32,697 nt of DNA. Source: Phoronis australis (lineage: Eukaryota; Animalia; Phoronida). Below, one piece after another: positions 12,798-23,858 of the stretch (position 1 is the stretch's first letter; the number at the start of each line of letters is the position of its first letter). The stretch is taken from positions 1,019,366-1,052,062 of the forward strand of contig NMRA01000082.1 in assembly GCA_002633005.1 (NCBI GenBank), given 5' to 3'. A program made the translations under genes and the position numbers. The notes beneath the pieces are model-generated. The model made no database searches. It worked only from the letters and a program-made list of their open reading frames with translations, and had not been told where the DNA came from.

Positions 12798-14537
12798 AAC
12801 AAGAGCAACGCGGAGCATTGAAATGCACCCATGCATGCATCGCAAATGGTGTGCTTTTAGGGTTACTTATTTGTATCATAAAAATGGCCACTAGATGGCG
12901 CAAAAATGAACAATCCATCCAAAAAATGGGAACATGCCATATTTTATAAAAAAATGTCAAGGAACTTCAGAGATCAACAAAAGAAAACAGAATAAAATGA
13001 AATTGCCACTTGTGGACACAGCGTCCGTTGGATCCACCTGAAAGATGTCGTCTGTTGTTATCTTCATATAAAAACACTTACTAAATTTAATAAAGATCCT
13101 GCAGTGGGTTTAGGAAATACAGCTATGGACGCAAAGCAAAATAAAACTACCACTAGGAGGCGCCACAATAGTCAGTCGCCATCATCTAACGTCCCCTTCA
13201 CACTGAGAACATATATGCCAATTTTCAAAACCATACATAGGTTGATAGAGGGGTGGACGCCAGGTTGATAGAGGGGTAGACGCCAAAAAACAAGATTTGA
13301 AAACAGCAAAAACGGCCACTAGGTGGCGCAAAATACCTCAATTCCATCCAAAAACAGGTGGATAGCATCATCCCACCAATAAATGCCTATATTCAAAATT
13401 TTATGAAAATCTGTTGAGGACCTTTGAAGATACAGAGGTAAACGTAAAAAACTAAAATTGCCACTAGGGTGCACGTCAGTAGTCAGATCTGTTCGAAACT
13501 CGTCGTTGTCCATTCTCAACATTATTTAATACACTAGCTAAATCAAGTAAAGATCCTACAAACAGTTTAAGATATACAGCCATGAGCGCAAAAAAACTGC
13601 CACTAGGAGGTGCTACTGTAGTTGAAGTCGTCGGAAAATCATCAGCCGTTCACTTCATATTGAAAACATACATACCAATTTTCACAATTACCCTGAAAGC
13701 AATTTGGTTGATAGAGGAGTGGACGCCAAAAAACAGACTCGAAAATAGTAAAAATGGCCACTTGGTGGCGTAAACTAGGTTGAATCCATCTGAAAACGGA
13801 AAGATAGCATCACCTTATTACCAGATGCCTGTACGCCAAATTTTATGAAAATATGTTGAGGACCTTTGAAGATACAGAGGTAAACATAAAAAAATTGCCA
13901 CTGGGTGGCACACCAGTGGTCAGACCTGTCTGAAAGTCGTTGTCCTCCGCTGCTGACATCAAATAAATAAACTTACAAAATTAAGTAAAGATCCTGAGAA
14001 CGGTTTAGGAGATACAGCCATAGGCGCAAAAAAATTGCCACTAGGAGGCACCACAGTACTCAAAGTCGTCGGAAAATCATCGTCATCTGTCCACTTCATA
14101 GTAAGAACATACATGACAATTTTCACAACCATCCTTCGAGGGGTTTGGTTGAAAGAGGGGTGGACGCAAAAAAACAGACTCGAAAACAGTAAAAATGGCC
14201 ACTAGGTGATGGAAACTACGTCCAATCCATCTGAAAACGAGAGGATAGCATCATCTCACTAATAAGTGCCTATGTACTAAATTTTATGAAAATCCCTGAA
14301 GGACTTTTGAAGATACAGAGGTAAACGTAAAAAACTAAAAATGCTACTAGGGGGCACACCGGTAGTTGGATCCGTCCAAAAGTTCACTCATGCCGCTCCG
14401 TTCATGGAAGGAACACGTGTACAAAATTTCATGAACAAACGTCAAGGCATTTTGGAGATAGTACAGCAGACTCCGGACGGACAGATGACGGCATAATGCA
14501 TCCACATATAAATATATTTATATGTGGGTGCATAAAA
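12798..14537 (+). mobile_element. Non-autonomous Helentron/HINE (DINE-1/pearl-like) element with central tandem-repeat array
   Basis: Starts aacaagag, subterminal aatgcaccca (12822), central ~140-165-bp subrepeats forming a ~440-bp trimer, short ggacggacag microsatellite (~14475), 38-bp palindrome 14496-14533, ends cataaaa. Confidence 0.78.
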
Positions 14538-15010
14538 TTGAACACTAGCCAATCAAAAACAACTAGTCAGGGGCCCAACTTGAAATTATTTTTTGCATAT
14601 TCCTTTCTACTATTGAGCCGATTTAAGAATGAATTTTAAGTCACTCCGGAGACAATATTGTTATCAAATTAATAAGCATTTGGTGTGTATACAGTTGAAA
14701 TGGTGTGCAGATTAGAAAACAAACACGTTCACTGCCTTATTCCTGGGAATGGTCTGAGCAACTAATCCTATGATGGAAAGCAGCAACAGGGGGAGCCTTC
14801 ACAGTGTCAAGGTAGATTTTTCCACAATCTAATGGTGGATGGATTGTATGGAAGAATAAAATCCATGTTCATTTCTGTCAAAAAGAGGGCAAGTTTGTGG
14901 TTCAACTTCCATGGACATATTTCCAGGCCCCGGGTGTACTTTCGGGATGTATTTATTAAGCTCATGTAATTTTATGGTACCCTATTCATAAGGCTGAGAA
15001 ACCAACTCAC

Positions 15011-15113
15011 CCATTGTCCAGCAACAGTTTGACCACATCGCTGTGTCCATTGCGAGCAGCTAACATCAGTGCAGTCCAACCTCGGTCATTCCTACAGTTG
15101 ACATCAACGCCAC
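15011..15113 (-). CDS. NUDT12: NUDT12 coding exon 2 (ankyrin repeat)
   Basis: ttcatag acceptor, gtgagt donor; [35 protein letters not shown], canonical ankyrin repeat. Confidence 0.95.
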
Positions 15114-16049
15114 CTATGAAATAAAAAATGGAAAATAAAAACAAGAAACTGATAAGACATCAAAATATTGACATAACTAAAGAGCATCAAGATTGGCCAA
15201 AGTATCCCAAAATATCAAAATTCAAGAACGGTAAAAATTCTCCTATGTGGGACAATCTCTAGAACTAAGGACATGGAAATTCCCACAAAAATGCATTTTC
15301 CTTATTCTGGAATTTGTGACCAAGGCGATTTTGGCATTTATCAAATTTCTTAAATTTCAGACTAAATGTGTTTTCAATCAACAGAGAGCCTGGTAATTTT
15401 GATTTCTTTCTGGTGATTCTTGAGACGGTCAATACTGCCCATTTCCAGAATTTGGGGCAATTTCAACCTTGAGCAAAATAATCATTTTTTCACTGTCCCA
15501 AATTGAAAAATGTTTACCGCACTCCCAAAAAATTGTATGTAATCAGACTGAGACACTTCACCTAAGGTTACATCTGACTTCTCTGAAGGACCAAGTGAGT
15601 GCAAGAACTTAAACAACTAAATTGTAAAAACGAAGATCTGATTAAGGTGCATCGAAATAAGGTTACTAATAGTTACCTTGTATCGACATATTGAAAATGA
15701 TCAAAAATCAAATGTCAAGATCAGTAACCTAAAAGGCTTTCTAGGTTTAACTCCATTTATAGGGAATTCGATTTTATGTAATAAGGAATAAAAAATATCT
15801 TGGGAGCCTTGCGAGAAAGGAAGATCTCGCAAGACCTTGCAAAATTATTCGCATGAAAAGCAACTGTTTGTAAGTATTCTCAGGCACTTACTAGCTTATC
15901 CAGCACTGTTGCATTGTGGTATTGAATTCACAGTTCCCATGCTACAACAGCAAGCTAGTGCATTGTGGTCAGGAGAGCTCTACCCTGGCTGTGGATTCTT
16001 CTCAAAGTAAATCATCGGAAAGTATCAATGACACATTAAATTATGGTGT

Positions 16050-16146
16050 CCTCAATTTGGAGAATTCCACTGACCTCAATTTGGGGAATTTCACAGACCT
16101 CAATTGGGAAATTCCACTGACCTCAATTTGCGGGATTCCACTGACC
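16050..16146. repeat. ~24-bp minisatellite, 4 copies
   Basis: cctcaatttggagaattccactga-like unit repeated four times. Confidence 0.85.
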
Positions 16147-16261
16147 TTGCGTGACAGTTTAAAGAGGACTCTTGTGTGCGAACAACACTGATGATTTCAA
16201 TCACACACAACGATCTAAGCCACTTTGTGGACTAGTTAGCCCCTCCAAACCCACCAAATAC

Positions 16262-16352
16262 CTTTTAGTAATGACTGGACATCCTGAACTTGACCAGAGG
16301 CTGAACTGTTGTGAAGTCTTTCTATAAACTGTTTCTGTGCACTGGTGTTCAT
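16262..16352 (-). CDS. NUDT12: NUDT12 coding exon 1 (start codon)
   Basis: ATG 16352-16350, MNTSAQKQFIERLHNSSASGQVQDVQSLLK, gtattt donor in phase 1 with exon 2; an acceptor (tttacag, exon start 16362) lies 10 nt upstream of the ATG. Confidence 0.85.
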
Positions 16353-16815
16353 ATTATAGATCCTGTAAAGAAATGTTTCTGCTCCATTAAATATCAACAG
16401 TGAAGTCTCATGAACATGACCAGTATTAAGGCCTAAATTAAAGTAGGTTTCAGGATGCCATGAACCCTTTTTGTTACATATCGAGTTTCTTCATGTCTTC
16501 ACAGGAATGTTTTCCCCTGTAACAAGTCATCATGCATTTCATCATTTCTGAAGTCCGTACAATATACGAAACTACCAGAAATTTATCAGACAAACACACT
16601 GCCTTCGCGAGTGAAACTATACAACTTAAAGGACAAAAGTATGTAAAGTAACTTAAGAATTAAGACAGAATTTGGTCTTACATTGTGACAAATACTGAAT
16701 AAAGATTTAAGATTAGCAAAGCGATTATTAGCATAACAAAACCTAGAAATAATTTACACGTCAAGTAATGTCTATATGCATGTAGAAGTAATGGCCATAT
16801 TCTCAGAGACCTTAA

Positions 16816-17700
16816 AGGCGAAGGCAACCTTTTTCATGTCTTTTTTAGCAAAAACAAGGTCCGTTGATTATCCCAGACATATTTTCCACTTAATCACAGC
16901 TTTTCGCAATTTAATTAATTATTTGTTCTCTACTCCGGTAGTTAAGTTTTGGGAGGCAAGAATTTCGCGCCAATTTCTTTTCATATAGTCTGACTGTGAG
17001 AGCTGCCGAGTCAGTCATTGTTCTATCTCGGTTGTGATAAGTTCGGTCGTCATTTGCTTTTGTTTACGAGTCAGTCAACATGCCACACTGTACCTGCATA
17101 CTGGGATGTACTCATTATCGTCTAACCGACAGTGTACCAAGTGTCCCACTTGCCCGAGTGTACCGCGACACACTGCCACTGGATAGTGACCTGAGCACAG
17201 AAACTGCTTACACCCTGCCGTGTGACTCCCTCGCCACACACCTGGCACCTTCTAAATAGCTCCAATATTTTAGACAATTCCACAATAAACTTATCAAAGT
17301 TTGGCTCACCGATTTGTTCATTTAACGATAAACTGTACTCTTGATGGGCGTGTAAGGCTGTATTCACTCCCTGTACTCAAAATCGCAGCAGGGCTGCTTA
17401 CAGGCTTTGGACCATATTGAGTACATCTCGGTACACAGCAACAGTGTGGCATGTTGAATGACGTCTTAAGCAAAAGCAAAAGACGTCACTGAAATTATCA
17501 CAACTGAGGTAGATCAATGATCGAGTGACTTGACAAACTCTCATAGTCAGACTTTATGAAAAGAAATTGGCGCCTCCCCGAACGTCACTTCCGGAGTAGA
17601 GAACGAACAGTTAATTAAATTACGAAAAGCAAAATATGTCTGGGATATCCAACGAACCATATTTTTCCTAAAAATGACATGAAAAAGGTTGCCTTCGCCT
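16816..17700 (-). mobile_element. Kolobok-type deletion derivative with ~300-bp imperfect TIRs
   Basis: TTAA at 16812-16815 and 17701-17704; termini aggcgaaggcaacctttttcatgtc perfectly inverted; similarity extends to ~17125 / ~17410; central KFIVELSKILELFRRCQVCG...C..H...W resembles the Cys/His region of Kolobok/Mutator-like transposases. Confidence 0.82.
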
Positions 17701-17824
17701 TTAAAATGCTTGAGTGAGATTTAAATATTTTTTAGAAGATGTGTGGAGCACAACTGTAGACCAAAGTTCTGACTTAAGCTAATATTATGAAACAGGCCCA
17801 TGGTCCAAAGAGGCAATCAAAATT

Positions 17825-18025
17825 CTACGTCCCTGGACCATTTTCATACCACGTAATCCCATTTCTGACTGATCGTACACATACAAAAGGCTTAACACAG
17901 TCCCAGAAGGGCTTTGAATTGTACGAGTTATTGATGTCACAGTTTGTTCGGAAGTACTGGCTGGCAGTGGATTTTCTTTTCAATTTAGTGACTTGATTTC
18001 GTTGAGATCTATGATAATTGGTCTT
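17825..18025 (-). pseudogene. Non-LTR retrotransposon (LINE, CR1/L2-group-like) ORF2 fragment
   Basis: YHRSQRNQVTKLKRKSTASQYF...NSKPFWDCVKPF...ITWYENG matches the conserved linker between endonuclease and RT. Confidence 0.7.
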
Positions 18026-18627
18026 TATTGATTGGAGCATGAAAGGGCCCCTCTCACAAAGCATCATCAGATCACTTTTAAATCTGGGCCCAACCCACCC
18101 CACTATTACAACCGCTGAGAGTAGGGAGTCAGGCTAGGCAATTAGTACCAGCCAGCTAGCTGCATGAACCCCATGAAGCATACACGCTTGCACAAGCACA
18201 TACACACTTGCACAAGAGTTTAATATAAGCAAAACACCCGTAGCCCCATAGGCGAAGACATCACCGTCTACGACTTAGCCCTACTTTTCAAGACGATCTA
18301 CCTCAAACTTGTAACTCCTCTACAAGACAAACTTCTCAACAACGCGATCATTAATCTTTATCGGTGTCCAGTAGTCCAGTGAAGTTAGGTCAAAACCCTA
18401 CAGCCGNTTCAATACTTCCTTGTGAAAGAGAATCCTACACTCGTCTCACCTGGTCATGAATACTGGTTAGTACCGAGGGACTGGAATAAAAAATCACTTA
18501 AGGACTGTATTGTTATTGCATGTCCCTCAGTAATGCACCGGCATTCAAGGTCATAGCCCTACGCCTACGGCTACGGTGGACAACTGAGTCGTATTATTTC
18601 TGTGTTGCTGCTTATTCCAATACAAAA

Positions 18628-19935
18628 AAAACATTCTCTAACTGGTTGCAATACATTTTAAATGCTTTTTTCTATTACCTTTAGAGCACTTCTGCGCGCA
18701 TTCGCTGTTTTTTCTACCTAATTCCAAGTTTAAGCAAGCCACGCTGGTTGCTTAAGCTTGGAATAATTCAATTTCTTCTGTAAAAAAATCGCGAAGTGAA
18801 CCAAACCTTCTCTTAATGATTGCAATACAATGTAAATGCATTTTCGAAACACTTATGAATGCATTCGCAGTTGTTTTCTACCCACTTCCAAGTTTAAGCA
18901 AGGGCGTGGCTCGCTTAAACTTGGAATAACTCAATTTCTGCATCACAAAAACTCACTTGGTGAAAAACATTCTCTGACTGGTTGCAATACATTTTAAATG
19001 CTTTTTTCTATTACTTTAAGAATACTTCTGAGCGCATTCGCAGTTTTTAACCCCGTAAATTCCAAGTTTAAACAAGATACGCCCTTGCTTTAACTTGGAA
19101 TAACTCAATTTCTGCTTTACAAAAAACGCATGGTAAACCAAATATTCGGTTATTGGTTGCGAGACATTTTAAATGCATTTTCTATTAATTTTGGAACACT
19201 TCTGAGCGCATTGGCAGTTTTTTCTACCCAGTTCCAAGTTTAAGCAAGCCACGCTGGTTGCTTAAACTTGGAATAATTCAATTTCTTCTGTAAAAAATTC
19301 GCGAAGTGAACCAAACCTTCTCTTAGTGATTGCAATACAATGTAAATGCATTTTCTGTTACTTTCGAAACACCTATGAATGCATTCGCAGTTTTTTCTAC
19401 CCAGTTCCAAGTTTAAGCAAGGGCGTGGCTCGCTTAAACTTGGAATAATTCAGTTTTAATTCAGTTTCTACTTTACAAAAAATCACGTGCAATACATTGT
19501 AAATGCATTTTCTATTACTTTTGAAACACCCCTGAGTGAATGCATTTCGTAGTTTTTTGTACCCAATTCCAAGTTTAAGCAAGCCACGCTCTTGCTTAAA
19601 CTTGGAATCATTCAATTTCTTCTTTACAAAAATCGTGTGGTGTTGCAAATTTTCTCTGACCGGTTACAGTATGTCATATATGCATTTTCTATTACGTGTG
19701 GAACACCTCTGAATCATTCGTAAATGTTTTCTACCAAATTCCAAGTTTAAGCAAGCCACGACCTTGCTTAAATTTGGAATGATTGTATGTTAGCTTTACA
19801 AAGTCACACGGTGAACCAAACATTCTCTGGCTGGTTACAATATGCTGGAAGCACATTTTTTTCTTATCTTGAGACTTTATTGAACACGTTAACAATTACT
19901 TTCTTCCGAATTTCACGTTTAAGCAGGCCATTCTA
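18628..19935. repeat. ~172-bp tandem satellite, ~8 units, each with a 16-17-bp inverted repeat around a short core
   Basis: ttccaagtttaagcaag-N7-cttgcttaaacttggaa motif starts at 18722, 18886, 19060, 19232, 19405, 19567, 19739 and degenerate at ~19912; units 1-2 are close duplicates of units 4-5. Confidence 0.92.
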
Positions 19936-19978
19936 TTTTCCCTTTACATGTGCTGACATTTGGCCCTGAAGGACTTTT

Positions 19979-20796
19979 GCTCCCTTCGAAAGCCACCACG
20001 CCTTTGCTTCATGTTTGAGTTTTTAATAAGGCAAATTACCATTCCTAATTACAAATGATACCTCTATGCACTACATAATTTTAGTGATTGCTCTATAATG
20101 GGGGATCAGGATGTAGTTGCCCACAGGTGCCTGGAAGGGGGGTACACGGGAGGAGTGCAAAACAAGTTAAATCTAGGTTGGCGCCAAATGGGTGCTGACC
20201 CACTCCCAGGGGTACATGGGAGGAGGGCTAAACAGGTAAAAACCAAGTGGGCCCCAAATGGGTGTTGACGGCCCTCCAATTGGGACGAGAGATAAACAGG
20301 TAAAACCAGGGAGCCAAATGGGTAGGCCTATTGACCGCTGCGCCTCCCAGGGGAGTGCTTGAGAAGAGTACAAAAACCAAGGGTTTGCCACTTGGGTGTT
20401 GAGCCCCTCCCATCTGCCGTAACACACATTTTGGTTGCTAAATCCCCCTGACCACATATATACATAGATACATATATATATATATATATAGATCACATAT
20501 GCGAAATTGTTGGATGGAGACGACACCAACAATGAGCTGCAGGGAGCACCATATGTTATGAAAAGTTACACGAGGGTGCTGACATAACCACAGAGTCATG
20601 GACACTGCTAATTACAAAATATCCTTAGGCCATGTACCCTCTTTGGTGTCACCTGAGGGAAACTCCCCCTGAACCCCCAGTAGCAGTCACTAAAAGTTTA
20701 TAGTCCATGGAAGAATGAAATGTTATTAAGAACGGTAATTTGCCTTATTAAGAACTCAGACAAGAAAACAAAAACATGATGGCTTTTGAACGGAGC
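19979..20796. mobile_element. Unclassified fold-back/MITE-like element with ~170-bp imperfect TIRs
   Basis: 19979-~20148 (gctcccttcgaaagcc...taataaggcaaattacc...ttttagtga...gggtaca) is inverted at ~20631-20796; interior has ccaaatggg/aaacaggtaaaa subrepeats and a (TA)n tract; no TSD found. Confidence 0.68.
20456..20490. repeat. (TA)n microsatellite
   Basis: Imperfect AT-dinucleotide run. Confidence 0.85.
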
Positions 20797-20916
20797 GCCA
20801 TTGCATTTTTATTTGTACGACTGTCTTTGGTGGGACCCCTTCCGGTTCCGCCTCGTCTCGGCTGCGAATTAAACTCGTTAACTTACAACTCATTGTCTAG
20901 TTTATCTGACAGCGAC

Positions 20917-21310
20917 ATGCTTACAACCCGAGCTCCAAAACAGTGGCCACTCTCTAAAAATGAGACTATAACCTCATTTGATAGCTGGAGGCAGAATTTA
21001 TTATACATCCTTTCTTTGGATCCTCACTTTGCGCCATTTCTTGTCGACGGCGTTAGTTGGCTAAAAAAACAGCTGCTGCTCCACTGGTCAGACCGACGAC
21101 CCCGACGACACCTCAGAACCACAGCTGCGTTCTGCTTACATGAAACACGTGGCTTATTTAGAGCTCATGCTGGGACAAATTGCTAATTTTTGTCCAGTCA
21201 TATCCCGTAATTCTATCGTGAAGTCATCCACCTCTGTCCAGGACATTTGGAAGAAAATCCGCCAACATTTCGGATTCGCTTCCACAGGAGCACATTCTTA
21301 GACCTGGGAC
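20917..21310 (+). pseudogene. Truncated, frameshifted gag N-terminus of a second LTR retrotransposon (Gypsy-type)
   Basis: [42 protein letters not shown]..., then in another frame [46 protein letters not shown]; recognised from memory of invertebrate Gypsy gag starts, not searched. Confidence 0.68.
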
Positions 21311-21334
21311 TCATATCATGAGATCGAAATGAAT

Positions 21335-21457
21335 TGTCATGTATGCATGTAAACGAGACGGAGTTTCAACTGCTATATTAAGATCAGAACTAATGCATTA
21401 CAGGAACAGTAACCGAGGTCAGGGGTCAACACAGGGTTACGACCTCCATATATGACA
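21335..21457 (-). repeat. 3' LTR (123 bp)
   Basis: tgtcat...atgaca; identical to 30930-31058 except for a 6-bp indel (cacatg). Confidence 0.95.
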
Positions 21458-21467
21458 TCCCCCTTTT
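21458..21467 (-). other. Polypurine tract
   Basis: aaaaggggga on - strand immediately before the 3' LTR. Confidence 0.9.
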
Positions 21468-21578
21468 AGGCAAACAAAACTAGCAAATATACGAATGTCA
21501 AACTACTTAATAAGTAAGAACAAACAACTAAACCACTAACACAACTGAAACGTTCGTTAAACAGAGAGTCCACTATAA

Positions 21579-22132
21579 CTAATGTCTATGTCGTATAGTC
21601 CTGAAACCTAGGCTTTCGTCGGTGTGATCGTTGACTGCGACGCACGACCACGGGTGGAGAGCTGTGGTTCGCTCACTCGTGTTAGTCTGTGACTGCTCGT
21701 AGATCGGCGGCATCACGTGGGACTCATCAGGTGATTTATTGATGACCCGCCGATTGCGTCGGAGTGTCTCACCGGTCTCCGTAGTCACGAAATACGACCG
21801 GGGGGCATTGTGTTTTCCAGTGAAGACCGCGTGCGCCCATGTTTTCCCTTCCTGAACCCGCACACTGTCGCCGATGTTATGATCAGGAAGAGATTTCGCA
21901 CTACGATTATAGAATCCTGCTTGCGCTTCTTGACGGTCGCACAGCGCTTGTCGGGCATCGTCGGGTACCGACGGAGACAACAGCTCAGACCTTGTAGGTA
22001 TTTTGTCCCCCAGTCTCGGCGACTCATTAACAACTGAGCTGGCGAATAGCGCAAGCCGGTGACCGGTGTGTTACGGTACTCCAGGAGGGCAATATTCGGA
22101 TCCCGTTCTTCATGTTTCGCCTTCCTGAGTAA
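21579..22132 (-). pseudogene. Gypsy integrase C-terminal half (after Academ insertion)
   Basis: LLRKAKHEERDPNIALLEYRNTPVTGLRYSPAQLLMSRR, frameshift, GDSVRVQEGKTW...PRSYFVTTETGETLRRNRR. Confidence 0.9.
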
Positions 22133-22284
22133 TAGACCGGCAGCCCAGAGCACTTAGCATAGATTAACGAGGTACCAACATCTGACCACGGGAGCATTTA
22201 AAGTCCACCTCAGTATGTACAGAAATGGACGTCTGCCGTTGTTTGCACTCTGGGTGTGACCCCTGGGGGCCTTACAAACAGCCC

Positions 22285-23330
22285 AAAAAATGAGCTAGAC
22301 TACATATTCGAGGTACCAACCAAAACTGATTCAAAACGAATAATAGTACCGCACTGAACACCGAACGACCCATGACAGACAAATTGCACTCTGGAATGGG
22401 TCCGGCAGAAACCAAAAAAGGACCCCCCAAAAATGAGCTAGCACATACATTCGAGGTACCACACAAAACCAATTCCATATGATTCAATACATGTCACAGA
22501 TCACTAAAACCCCTATGACAGACAAATTACACTCTGGGTTGTGCCCGGCAGAAACCCCCAAAAATCTCAACCATGGTATGCCATCAAAAATTTGAGCTAG
22601 ACTAGATTTTCGAGGTACCGGCCAAAACTGATTTTAAACGAACAATAGTACCGCACTGAACACCAAATGACCCATGACAGACAAATTGCACTCTGGAATG
22701 GGTCCGGCAGAAACCAAAAAAGGACCCCCCAAAAATGAGCTAGCACATACATTCGAGGTACCACACAAAACCAATTCCATATGATTCAATACATGTCACA
22801 GATCACTAAAATCCCTATGACAGACAAATTACACTCTGGGTTGTGCCCGGCAGAAACCCCCAAAAATCTCAACCACGGTATGCCACCAAAATTTGATCTA
22901 GACTAGATTTTCGAGGTACCGGCCAAAACTGATTTAAAACGAACAATAGTACCGCACTGAACATTGAATGACCCATGACAGACAAACTGCACTCTAGAAT
23001 GGGTCCGGCAGAAACCAAAAAAGACCCCCCAAAAATGTGCTAGCACATACATTCGAGATACCACAAAAACAATTACATTAGATTCAATACATGTCACAGG
23101 TCACTAAATGCCCTATGACCGGCAGACAAAATACACTCTGGATTGTCTTTGGCAGAAACCCTCAAAAATCTCAACCACGGTTTGCCATTTTTGAGACAGT
23201 TAGATTTTCAAGGTATCGGCTTAAACTGATTTAAAACCACCAATCGTGCTGCACTGAAAACCCAATGACCCGTGAGAGACAAATTTTACTCGGAAATAGT
23301 CTGCCAAAAACCCAGAAAGGACCTTAAAAA
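22285..23330 (+). repeat. Left subterminal tandem array of Academ (~300-bp dimer of ~150-bp subunits)
   Basis: atgacagacaaatt(g/a)cactctgg...ccggcagaaacc recurs about every 140-160 bp; mirrored at 26812-27390 and degenerately at ~25390-25670. Confidence 0.88.
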
Positions 23331-23858
23331 ATGGAGGTACAATCGTTCATGCAGCTTTCCCCTGCTAGTTCAAGTACTCGGGTGGGAAATCCAAACAACT
23401 GGACAACAAGATATTAAAAATTGCACCACGAAAATCGAAGTACACAATTGGTGACAAAAGTTGTGTATTTAATAAGTTAACTGCAAAAAGCGGGACCGCA
23501 GGAAACAAAAACTAATTATTAAAAACTTTCGTTCACTAAAGCCTGTGTTTACTCTCATGATCACTACAAGCGAAAAGCAGACGGCTGTCAAGATGTAAGA
23601 CAGTTAACTCGCCTAGTTGTAACTTTTTGAAGAAATTTTTACATGGTGTCGAAATTCAGTGTAGTGTATAGTGTTTGCAATGTTTTAGTTTCGCGGAGTC
23701 ATTTGTCGATGGTCGACATAATGTCTTCCGTGATAAAATACAAATCACCCCTAATTTGGTGCGCAGCCACGTGGCGGAGTCCCAATGCTACTTAAATAAA
23801 TATATAAACAACGATGTGTTTCGGTAACAAGGGGTCTCGCTGCAGCATTGCCTGAAAA

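Noticed and set aside
18259-18362. Possible Ulp1-like protease fragment (ITVYDLA...LLNNAIINLY)
   Set aside because: Short and weak resemblance, no catalytic residues, near an N.
18628-19935. CRISPR-like array (palindromic repeats at regular intervals)
   Set aside because: Intervening ~130-bp segments are homologous to each other, not unique spacers; no cas genes; eukaryotic context.
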